Below, piece after piece: positions 20,467 through 28,344 of a stretch of DNA of 64,000 nt (its first letter is position 1; each line of letters begins with the position of its first letter). The notes beneath the pieces are model-generated. The model did no database searches and was not told where the DNA came from. It saw nothing but the letters and a program-made list of their open reading frames with translations. The stretch is taken from the NCBI RefSeq assembly GCF_029238095.1, contig NZ_JAQWGS010000021.1, positions 6,068-70,067 of the forward strand, read 5' to 3'. Made by a program: the position numbers and the translations under genes. The stretch comes from Lacinutrix sp. Its GTDB lineage: Bacteria > Bacteroidota > Bacteroidia > Flavobacteriales > Flavobacteriaceae.

Positions 20467-21069
20467 TTAATAAACAGTGGAAGAAATTTTCTTTTTCTGA
20501 ATGATAAAAAACAACTCTTTACCTTGTCTTGGGTTTATAGAGTTGTAAGCCTCTTCCATGACTTTTATTTCAAAATAAGGTTTAAAATACTCGATATATT
20601 CTGTTTTACAGCCACCAAAAGGTGGATGTGTGTCGTTTAATGGCGCATCAAATAGTAAACCAGCTACTTTACCGTTATCTTTTAGCATTTCATGTGCTTT
20701 TACTGCATAGGCTTGTCGTAAATTTGGATCTATTGCACAGAAAAAAGTTTGCTCGATTATTAAATCGAAAGTCATATCTAAATCAAAAAAATTGTCTTGA
20801 ATAAGTTGTGAAGAAGGGAAAGAAGGTACTCTGATTTTTATATTTTGTAATGCCGTTTTAGATAAATCTACAACATACACATTTTTAAACCCTTTATTAT
20901 GAAGATATTCTGCTTCATAACTATTTCCACCTCCTGGAATTAAAATTTTAAGATTTTTATTTGTTAATTGATCAAAATACACTTTTAAAGGTGGAGAAAT
21001 CTCGCCTAAATCCCAACCAATATCATTTGTTTTATATCTATCCTCCCAGAAATCTTTGTTTAAATCCAT
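20467..21069 (-). CDS. Thiopurine/thiol S-methyltransferase family SAM-dependent methyltransferase
   Basis: FWEDRY..GWDLG..SPPL, ILIPGGG, EQTFFCAI, PPFGG. Confidence 0.88.
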   Translation of the reverse strand: MDLNKDFWEDRYKTNDIGWDLGEISPPLKVYFDQLTNKNLKILIPGGGNSYEAEYLHNKGFKNVYVVDLSKTALQNIKIRVPSFPSSQLIQDNFFDLDMTFDLIIEQTFFCAIDPNLRQAYAVKAHEMLKDNGKVAGLLFDAPLNDTHPPFGGCKTEYIEYFKPYFEIKVMEEAYNSINPRQGKELFFIIQKKKISSTVY

Positions 21070-21365
21070 TAATTGGCAGTATTTATAATATTAATGATGT
21101 CGTTTTTTTGAAGCACACCAGATTGTCTCCACACTTGTTTGCCATTTTTAAAAAGTAACATTGTTGGCACACCTCTAACCTGATATTTAGCTGCTAATTC
21201 TTGATTTTTATCAACATCAATTTTAATGATTGAAACAGCATCACCTAAGGTATCTTTTACCTCTTTTAATATTGGACCTAGCGTTTGACATGGTCCACAC
21301 CAAGTAGCAAAAAAATCTACTAATACTGGTGTGTCTTTATTTATTATTTCTGAAAATTTGCTCAT
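21069..21365 (-). CDS. trxA: Thioredoxin
   Basis: DFFATWCGPC, VRGVPT. Confidence 0.93.
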   Translation of the reverse strand: MSKFSEIINKDTPVLVDFFATWCGPCQTLGPILKEVKDTLGDAVSIIKIDVDKNQELAAKYQVRGVPTMLLFKNGKQVWRQSGVLQKNDIINIINTAN

Positions 21366-21402
21366 AGTTAAATTTACATTTTAACAAATTGAATTATAAC
21401 TG

Positions 21403-21439
21403 AAAAAGGCACTTATTATATTATAATAATAAGCGCCTT
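21403..21439 (-). terminator. Intrinsic terminator after MBL-rhodanese gene
   Basis: AAGGCGCTTATTAT / ATAATAAGTGCCTT stem plus T-run on - strand. Confidence 0.7.
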
Positions 21440-21460
21440 AATAAACTTAATAGCTTATCA

Positions 21461-22873
21461 TTATTTTAAAGTCGAAGGACAAACATAGTCCGTTCTTGGT
21501 ATGTCTGTTTTTTTAATTGCACCATAACCACCAGCAACATCTATTATATTATGGATGCCTCTACTTTTTAAAATGGATGCTGCAATTACCGATCGGTAGC
21601 CACCTGCACAATGGACAAAAAATGGTTTATCTTTTGGAAATGCACTTAAGTAATCATTTAAAGAATCTAGAGGTGCGTGTTTTGCACCATCAACATGCTC
21701 TGAGGTGTATTCGCCATCTTTTCTAACATCAAACACCACGTCTTTATGTTCTGGATAGCGCTTAGCAAATTCTTCTGCCGAAATAGAATCTAAAGTATCA
21801 TATTCCATTCCTGCATCTTTCCAAGCATCAAAACTTCCGTCTAAATAGCCAATAGTATTATCAAAACCAACACGAGATAAACGTGTAATGGCTTCCTCTT
21901 CTTTTCCTGGCTCTACAACCAATAATAGTGTTTGCTTAACATCTGCAATTAAAGCGCCAACCCATGGTGCAAATCCACCTTGTAAACCTATAAATATAGA
22001 TCTTGGGATGTGACCTTTAATAAATTCTGATTGATGACGCACATCTAAAACAAGTGCGTCAGTTTCATTTGCTGCTGCTTCAAATGCTTTAGGCGAAAGC
22101 GCTTCTGTCCCTTTCTTGATGACGTCTCCAATGTCTTCGTAACCTTCTTGATTCATCTTAACATTTAAAGGGAAGTATTTTGGAGGTGGCGCCAAACCGT
22201 CTGTTACTTCTTTAATAAATTCGTCTTTTGTCATGTCTGCGCGTAACGCATAATTTGTCTTTTTCTGGTTGCCTAGAGTATCAAACGTCTCTTTACTTAG
22301 GTTTTTACCACATGCAGATCCTGCACCATGTGCTGGATATACAATAATGGAATCCTCAAGAGGCATTATTTTGTTGCGTAAGCTATCAAACAGGAATCCT
22401 GCCAAATCTTTTTCAGTGATTTTACCAACTTTTTGTGCTAAGTCTGGACGACCAACATCACCAATAAATAAGGTGTCACCACTAAAAATTGCGTGGTTTT
22501 TACCATCTTTATCTTTTAGTAAATACGTTGTGCTTTCCATAGTATGTCCAGGAGTGTGCAAAGCTATAATGGTAATATCGCCTAACATAAACACTTGATT
22601 GTCTTGTGCAATTAAGGCTTCAAAATTGGTTTCTGCACTTGGTCCATAAACAATTGTTGCGCCTGTTTTTTTGGCTAATGTCACGTGACCACTCACAAAA
22701 TCAGCATGAAAATGTGTTTCAAAAATATATTTAATTTTCGCATTATTCTTTTCTGCTTTGTCTATGTAAGGCTGTACTTCTCTTAATGGATCTATTATAG
22801 CGACTTCACCATTACTTTCTATATAATAAGCACCTTGTGCTAAACATCCTGTATAAATTTGTTCTATTTTCAT
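21461..22873 (-). CDS. Persulfide dioxygenase-rhodanese fusion (MBL fold + two rhodanese domains, CstB-like); start refined to MKIEQ at 22873
   Basis: ETHFHADFVSG, HTPGHT, GDVGRPDL, PAHGAGSACGK, C-terminal HCAGGYRS. Confidence 0.9.
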   Translation of the reverse strand: MKIEQIYTGCLAQGAYYIESNGEVAIIDPLREVQPYIDKAEKNNAKIKYIFETHFHADFVSGHVTLAKKTGATIVYGPSAETNFEALIAQDNQVFMLGDITIIALHTPGHTMESTTYLLKDKDGKNHAIFSGDTLFIGDVGRPDLAQKVGKITEKDLAGFLFDSLRNKIMPLEDSIIVYPAHGAGSACGKNLSKETFDTLGNQKKTNYALRADMTKDEFIKEVTDGLAPPPKYFPLNVKMNQEGYEDIGDVIKKGTEALSPKAFEAAANETDALVLDVRHQSEFIKGHIPRSIFIGLQGGFAPWVGALIADVKQTLLLVVEPGKEEEAITRLSRVGFDNTIGYLDGSFDAWKDAGMEYDTLDSISAEEFAKRYPEHKDVVFDVRKDGEYTSEHVDGAKHAPLDSLNDYLSAFPKDKPFFVHCAGGYRSVIAASILKSRGIHNIIDVAGGYGAIKKTDIPRTDYVCPSTLK

Positions 22874-22987
22874 CTTTATTCTGTTTTTAATTATTGTAAA
22901 ATGTATTCGGCTTTTGGCTTCGTTCATTTTAACTCTATTATTGTTTTTTTGGCTCTACAAAAATAGTTATGATTTTTATGTTACGCA

Positions 22988-23001
22988 GTAACAAATGTTA
23001 C
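22988..23001. promoter_or_regulatory. GTAAC-N4-GTTAC operator 3 (MBL-rhodanese)
   Basis: GTAACAAATGTTAC; 22 nt from TATTTTTG (- strand, 22958-22965). Confidence 0.88.
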
Positions 23002-23005
23002 ACGC

Positions 23006-23806
23006 CTATTTGGTTAATTCTCTGAAAATGATATAAATACCCATTACTAAAACAAACCAACCGAATCCTTTTTTAAGTTTTTTACCTTCAATAAAATTAG
23101 AAATATACATTCCTAAAAATATTCCGACTACAGACATTGCTGTAAAGCTTAACAAAAATACCCAATCTATTTCTAAATTTTCGACATCACCAATAAATCC
23201 TATTAAGGACTTGATAGCTATAATTAATAGTGAGGTGGCTACTGCTTTTTTCATAGGCAATTTAGCTAATAACACCAACGCTGGAATAATTAAAAAACCA
23301 CCACCTGCTCCTACTATTCCTGTTAACGTACCAACTACAAATCCTTCAATAATAATTAATGGATAGTTGTACTTTATTGCTGTTTCTTCTCCTGAATCTT
23401 TACGATTACTCTTAATCATAGAGATTGAAGCTACCAACATCACCAAAGCAAAAAATAGCATGATTGCAATGTTTTTTGTGACCAAAAAGTCGCCAATGCT
23501 AAATAATTGTTCCGGAATTGCAGGTACTAAATATCTTCTGGTCGCGTACACTGCAATAAAAGCTGGAAAGGCAAAAACGATAGCTGTTCTAAAATCTACT
23601 AAACCTTTTTTTATGTTGCTAATAGCACCAACTAATGCAGATACACCTACTACAAATAAAGAATAAGCAGTGGCTGTTACAGGGTTTAAATACAATAAAT
23701 ACACTAAAATAGGAACTGTTAGAATAGAGCCTCCTCCACCTATCAATCCTAAGACCACACCAATTACTAGTGCGCCTAAATAGCCTAAAATTTGTTGTAC
23801 GTCCAT
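23006..23806 (-). CDS. Sulfite exporter TauE/SafE family protein
   Basis: GLIGGGGSILTVP and GIVGAGGGFLIIP repeats, AVATSL; ~8 TM. Confidence 0.92.
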   Translation of the reverse strand: MDVQQILGYLGALVIGVVLGLIGGGGSILTVPILVYLLYLNPVTATAYSLFVVGVSALVGAISNIKKGLVDFRTAIVFAFPAFIAVYATRRYLVPAIPEQLFSIGDFLVTKNIAIMLFFALVMLVASISMIKSNRKDSGEETAIKYNYPLIIIEGFVVGTLTGIVGAGGGFLIIPALVLLAKLPMKKAVATSLLIIAIKSLIGFIGDVENLEIDWVFLLSFTAMSVVGIFLGMYISNFIEGKKLKKGFGWFVLVMGIYIIFRELTK

Positions 23807-23851
23807 GTTTTAAATTTGATGCAAATATACTACTGTTTTATAAAGCTGAAT

Positions 23852-23865
23852 GTAACAATCGTTAC
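23852..23865. promoter_or_regulatory. GTAAC-N4-GTTAC operator 4 (tauE)
   Basis: GTAACAATCGTTAC; 22 nt from TATATTTG (- strand, 23822-23829). Confidence 0.88.
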
Positions 23866-23869
23866 CTAA

Positions 23870-24502
23870 CTATAACTCTAAAATTTTAATGTTATTACGA
23901 TGTAACTCTATTTTTCCGTCAATTTCTAAGGTTTTTAATAGCCTGGAAATGACCACTCTGGAGGTGTGTAAATCACTCGCGATTTGTTGGTGTGTGACAT
24001 GGATGACATCATTATGATTGACCATTGCTTTGTCTTTTAAATATTTAAATAAGCGTTGATCCATTTTTAAAAAGGCAATTGTATCAATCGCTTCCAACAA
24101 TTCTGACATCCTGTTGTGGTAACTTTGTAATACAAATTTTTGCCACGATTTGTATTTACCTAACCATTCTTCCATTTTGGTGACTGGTATCATAATAAGT
24201 CTGGTATCGGTTTCGGCAATTGCCCTAATTTCACTTTTCGCATTTCCTAAACAGCAGGATAAGGTCATGGCACAAGTATCGCCTTGTTCTATGAAATATA
24301 AAATAAGCTCGTCACCCTCTTCGTCTTCTCTTAAAATTTTGATAGCACCACTAACCAAAAGTGGCATTGATTTTATGTAGTCGCCAATTTCAATCAATTT
24401 GAAGCCTTCCGGAATATCTTTATAAGTACCAACATTATTGATTTCTTGAAGTAAATCTTCTTCAAATAAATACCCGTATTGTTGTTTAAGTTCTTCTAAC
24501 AT
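23870..24502 (-). CDS. Crp/Fnr-family transcriptional regulator with Cys-rich sensor domain
   Basis: cNMP-binding fold (LVSGAIKI, LYFIEQGDTCAMTLSCC), HTH THQQIASDLHTSRVVISRLLK. Confidence 0.93.
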   Translation of the reverse strand: MLEELKQQYGYLFEEDLLQEINNVGTYKDIPEGFKLIEIGDYIKSMPLLVSGAIKILREDEEGDELILYFIEQGDTCAMTLSCCLGNAKSEIRAIAETDTRLIMIPVTKMEEWLGKYKSWQKFVLQSYHNRMSELLEAIDTIAFLKMDQRLFKYLKDKAMVNHNDVIHVTHQQIASDLHTSRVVISRLLKTLEIDGKIELHRNNIKILEL

Positions 24503-24544
24503 TTTTATTTTTTGTAAAGATAAAACTAAGTTAATTTGTAATGT

Positions 24545-24558
24545 GTAACTTTTGTTAC
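24545..24558. promoter_or_regulatory. GTAAC-N4-GTTAC operator 5 (regulator, autoregulation)
   Basis: GTAACTTTTGTTAC; 22 nt from TATCTTTA (- strand, 24515-24522). Confidence 0.88.
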
Positions 24559-24576
24559 GCTATTACTTATCTATAC

Positions 24577-25332
24577 CTAAGCGTTGAAGCATTGCTTAAG
24601 CATACGGTATAGTTCTGGATGTTTTTGTCTAAATAATTTTGGACGCTCAAAAAAATATTCTGAAGCTACCGCAAAAAACTCGGTTGCAGAAGTACCTCCA
24701 TATTTTCTTATGTCTGATACGTCGTTATTTATGGCCTCCATTTCTTTATGCATTAACGTTAACCATGGTTGGATGTATTCCTTTCCTAGAAAATATTCTG
24801 GGATACCATCGGTTTCGCCATCCATTTTATCTAATAAATGTAAAAATTCATGAATAGGTGTGTTATGCTTATCGGTTTTGTTGTTAAAAGCTAATCTAAT
24901 CGCTTTTTTAGAAAGTATCATTTGATTTTTGAAACGACCAGTACCAACCATACCTAATATTCGTTTATTTTTATTAGAAAATTGCAATTCTTCATTAAAA
25001 CTATCTGGATAAACTATTATTCCTGTAAGGTTATTATAACTCCAGTTAGGAAAATTAAACACCGGAATAATAGCACTAGATGCGATTAATAATTTATCTA
25101 ACTCATCGATTTCAGTATTTACACCATCTATATTTATTTCATTTAAAAATAATAAAATTCTGTTTCTAAAAATAGCTTGATGATTTGGAGTTAACTTCTT
25201 GTAGAAGAGGACTTCTTTTATTAATATATTATGCCAATGTTTGGGTATTTGCTTAACTTTTTTTGCATTTACTATATAAAAAGCATAGCCAATAAAGATT
25301 ACAATTACTATAAAAATAAATATATAAAGCAT
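24577..25332 (-). CDS. M90 (MtfA-like) zinc peptidase; start refined to ATG 25332
   Basis: HEFLHLLD, YGGTSATEFFAVASEYFFERP, HPELY. Confidence 0.88.
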   Translation of the reverse strand: MLYIFIFIVIVIFIGYAFYIVNAKKVKQIPKHWHNILIKEVLFYKKLTPNHQAIFRNRILLFLNEINIDGVNTEIDELDKLLIASSAIIPVFNFPNWSYNNLTGIIVYPDSFNEELQFSNKNKRILGMVGTGRFKNQMILSKKAIRLAFNNKTDKHNTPIHEFLHLLDKMDGETDGIPEYFLGKEYIQPWLTLMHKEMEAINNDVSDIRKYGGTSATEFFAVASEYFFERPKLFRQKHPELYRMLKQCFNA

Positions 25333-25421
25333 GTTATTAAATTGTATTTGCAAAATATTCTAAAAATGAGAGAGAAAAAAATAAATGCTATAACTTATCT
25401 TAGCAAAAAAATCTAATAGAG

Positions 25422-26081
25422 ATGTTAAAGGCAATATTATTTGATATGGATGGTGTTATTGTTGATACTGAGCCCTTACACAAGAAAGCTTATTTTTTAA
25501 TGTTTAAGTATTACAATATAGATGTCTCGGAAAGACTTTTTGAAAGTTATACAGGTCAATCTACAATTAATGTTTGTAAGCAACTTTGTACTGCTTTTAG
25601 TTTAGAAATTCCAGCTGAAACATTAATGGCAAAAAAACGTGAATATTTTAAAGATTTGTTTTTTAATGATCCAAGCTTAAAACTAATTGATGGCGTTTTA
25701 GAACTTATAAAAAATTACTACCAAAACGGTTTAACTTTAGTACTTGCCTCTTCGGCATCAATGCTAACTATTAATAATGTTTTTACGCGTTTTGAGTTAG
25801 ACCAATATTTTAAAGCTAAAATTAGTGGAGCAGATTTAAAAGCTTCTAAACCACATCCAGAAATTTTTGAAAAAGCAGCAGAATTAGCTGGCTTTTTAAG
25901 AAGTGAATGCTTAGTTATAGAAGACTCTACCAATGGTATAAAAGCCGCGCATGCTGCAAGTATTTATTGTATAGGTTATAATAGTTATCATTCAAAAAAT
26001 CAAGACTATAGTTTAGCAAACCATGTGGTAGATGATTTTACTTCTATTTATTTTGATAAAATTAGTACTATTTTAGATTAA
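25422..26081 (+). CDS. HAD-superfamily hydrolase (subfamily IA, beta-PGM-like)
   Basis: FDMDGVIVDTE, SKPHPEIF, IEDSTNG. Confidence 0.9.
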   Translation: MLKAILFDMDGVIVDTEPLHKKAYFLMFKYYNIDVSERLFESYTGQSTINVCKQLCTAFSLEIPAETLMAKKREYFKDLFFNDPSLKLIDGVLELIKNYYQNGLTLVLASSASMLTINNVFTRFELDQYFKAKISGADLKASKPHPEIFEKAAELAGFLRSECLVIEDSTNGIKAAHAASIYCIGYNSYHSKNQDYSLANHVVDDFTSIYFDKISTILD

Positions 26082-26086
26082 TAAAT

Positions 26087-28207
26087 TTACTTCAACAACT
26101 GATCTATCGCTTCTTTAGTGTTAGTAACAGGCAGCTTACAACTACCATCTACACATACATATATATAAGTGTCTGCTTCAATAAATCTGTTTTCCATAAT
26201 TGGTAACTTACTTTCTTGTGTAGCTCCTGCAATTAAAATATTTGGCAAATAATAAATATTAACTTCTTTTAATTTTTCTTTAGCATTAGCTCCAGAAATT
26301 GCAAGCTCGTAATATGGATTAGAATAGTTTAAATATAGAGAAAGCCAGTTAGAATAGCTAGATGGTGCTTTATCAATATTAACTATCATATTATTTAGCA
26401 TTTGTTTAGCTAATTCTAAATAGTTTTTATTTGAATAATAGTGTCCTAATTTGAAAAGATTATCTGCTAAAATCGAATTTGATGAAGAAATAACATTGTC
26501 ATAAACCTCTACTTTTCTTGTTATTAAATCTGTTTCAGAATCTGCTGTAAAATAAAACATACTATTATTTTTATCTAAAAAATGATTTATTGAATAATCC
26601 ATTAAATCCTTAGCTAAGTTTAACCATTTTTCATCTAAAGTAATTTGATATAAATCTATATAAGCCGAAATAACATGCGCATAATCTTCTGAGAAACCAT
26701 TAATAGTTGCCTTTCCATTTTTATAGTTATGAAATAAAGAGCCTTCTTTTGTAAGTAGTTTATTTTTTATAAACTCGGCATTTTTAACTGCCTTATTTAA
26801 ATAATTAATATCTCTAAAAACACGATAAGCATCAACATAGCCTTTTAGCATAAGTGCATTCCAAGAAGTTAAAACTTTATCATCTGTTCGTGGTCTAGGT
26901 CTTTTATTTCTTACCTTATTTAAGGATTGTTTCCACTTACTTACTTTAGCATCTAGTTCTAAAACACTAATATTATTGGATTTAGCAAAGGCTTCATCTG
27001 TTATAGTTTTAAATAAAATATATTGATTGTTTTCCCATTTACCTGTAAGGTTTATATTATAATAAGATGAAAACATTGAAAATTCTTCTTTAAGAATAGA
27101 CTTTAACTCCTCTTCATTCCAACTGTAAAACACACCTTCTTCTAATTGGTTTTCATCATTTAAACTATCTGCATCAATGGAAGAATAAAAAGCGCCTTCG
27201 GTTTGTAACAATTCTCTTTCTACAAAGTTAAGAGTTTCTAAAACTACCTTTTTATAATTTTCATTTTTGGTAATTAAATACGCTTGAGAATAAACACTTA
27301 CTAGCTGTGCATTATCATAAAGCATTTTTTCGAAATGAGGAATGTGCCATTTTTGGTCTACAGCATATCTAGAAAAGCCTCCTCCAACTTGATCATAAAG
27401 ACCTCCATTTGCCATTTTTGTTAATGTAGTCGATACATAATCTTTTAACTCAATGTCATCATTTTGATAACTATATCTCATCAAAAAGTTTAAGTTGTTT
27501 GGCAGTGGGAATTTTGGAGCATTTAAATTTCCTCCTAATGTATAATCTAAATTTTTTTTCCATGATTGAACATATTGCTGAAGACTTTCAGTTTTAAATG
27601 GAATATTTTGTTGATTTAAAGTAATTAAATCTGAAGTTTTAACACCTTCGGTGAGTTTTTCTGCAAAAGCAATCACTTTTTCAGGATTTGTTTTATAGAG
27701 TTGTGATATGTCTTTTAAAATTTTCTCCCATTGCTCTTTTTCAAAATAAGTTCCTCCAAAAACAGGCCTTCCATCTGGTAAAGTAATACAATTTAAGGGC
27801 CAACCACCACTACCTGTCATTAGTTGTACAGCATTCATGTATACTTGATCTACATCTGGACGTTCTTCTCTATCTACTTTTATGTTAATAAAATTAGCAT
27901 TCATTAATTTTGCTACAGAATCGTTTTCAAAGCTTTCTTCTTCCATAACATGACACCAGTGGCATGCTGAGTACCCTACTGATATAACCATAAGTTTATT
28001 GTCTTTTTTTGCTAATGCTAAGGTTTTAGCATTCCATGGTTTCCAGTTTACAGGATTGTAGGCATGTTGTAGTAAGTAAGGACTGGTTTCGTGTATTAAT
28101 CCATTAGCAGAGTTTTCTATAGCGGAGTGTGCCAGCTGTTTCGTTTTCTCTTCACAACTTATACTTAAACCTATGAGAATACTAAAAACTATTATCTTCT
28201 TATACAT
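26087..28207 (-). CDS. YyaL/SSP411-family thioredoxin-domain protein with (alpha/alpha)6 barrel, lipoprotein
   Basis: ETSPYLLQHAYNPV, SACHWCHVMEEESFE, KVDREERPD, PHFEKMLYDNAQL; lipobox SISC. Confidence 0.92.
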   Translation of the reverse strand: MYKKIIVFSILIGLSISCEEKTKQLAHSAIENSANGLIHETSPYLLQHAYNPVNWKPWNAKTLALAKKDNKLMVISVGYSACHWCHVMEEESFENDSVAKLMNANFINIKVDREERPDVDQVYMNAVQLMTGSGGWPLNCITLPDGRPVFGGTYFEKEQWEKILKDISQLYKTNPEKVIAFAEKLTEGVKTSDLITLNQQNIPFKTESLQQYVQSWKKNLDYTLGGNLNAPKFPLPNNLNFLMRYSYQNDDIELKDYVSTTLTKMANGGLYDQVGGGFSRYAVDQKWHIPHFEKMLYDNAQLVSVYSQAYLITKNENYKKVVLETLNFVERELLQTEGAFYSSIDADSLNDENQLEEGVFYSWNEEELKSILKEEFSMFSSYYNINLTGKWENNQYILFKTITDEAFAKSNNISVLELDAKVSKWKQSLNKVRNKRPRPRTDDKVLTSWNALMLKGYVDAYRVFRDINYLNKAVKNAEFIKNKLLTKEGSLFHNYKNGKATINGFSEDYAHVISAYIDLYQITLDEKWLNLAKDLMDYSINHFLDKNNSMFYFTADSETDLITRKVEVYDNVISSSNSILADNLFKLGHYYSNKNYLELAKQMLNNMIVNIDKAPSSYSNWLSLYLNYSNPYYELAISGANAKEKLKEVNIYYLPNILIAGATQESKLPIMENRFIEADTYIYVCVDGSCKLPVTNTKEAIDQLLK

Positions 28208-28288
28208 ATTACTTTGCGGTTTTATACCATTTTGTAATGCAAATTGGTATTACTTATGTAAAAATAAACTTTGAAAAAGATATTGCAT

Positions 28289-28319
28289 AAAAAAAGACTG
28301 CCTTTTTAGACAGTCTTTT
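28289..28319 (-). terminator. Intrinsic terminator closing the glucan locus
   Basis: AAAAGACTG...CAGTCTTTT inverted repeat with T-run on - strand. Confidence 0.75.
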
Positions 28320-28344
28320 AATAAAATATATTTTGAGATCTAAA

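Noticed and set aside
25422-26081. HAD/beta-PGM-like gene as a partner of the GH149 phosphorylase
   Set aside because: GH149 yields alpha-Glc-1-P, not the beta anomer; the gene is on the opposite strand, beyond the locus terminator and has no operator copy
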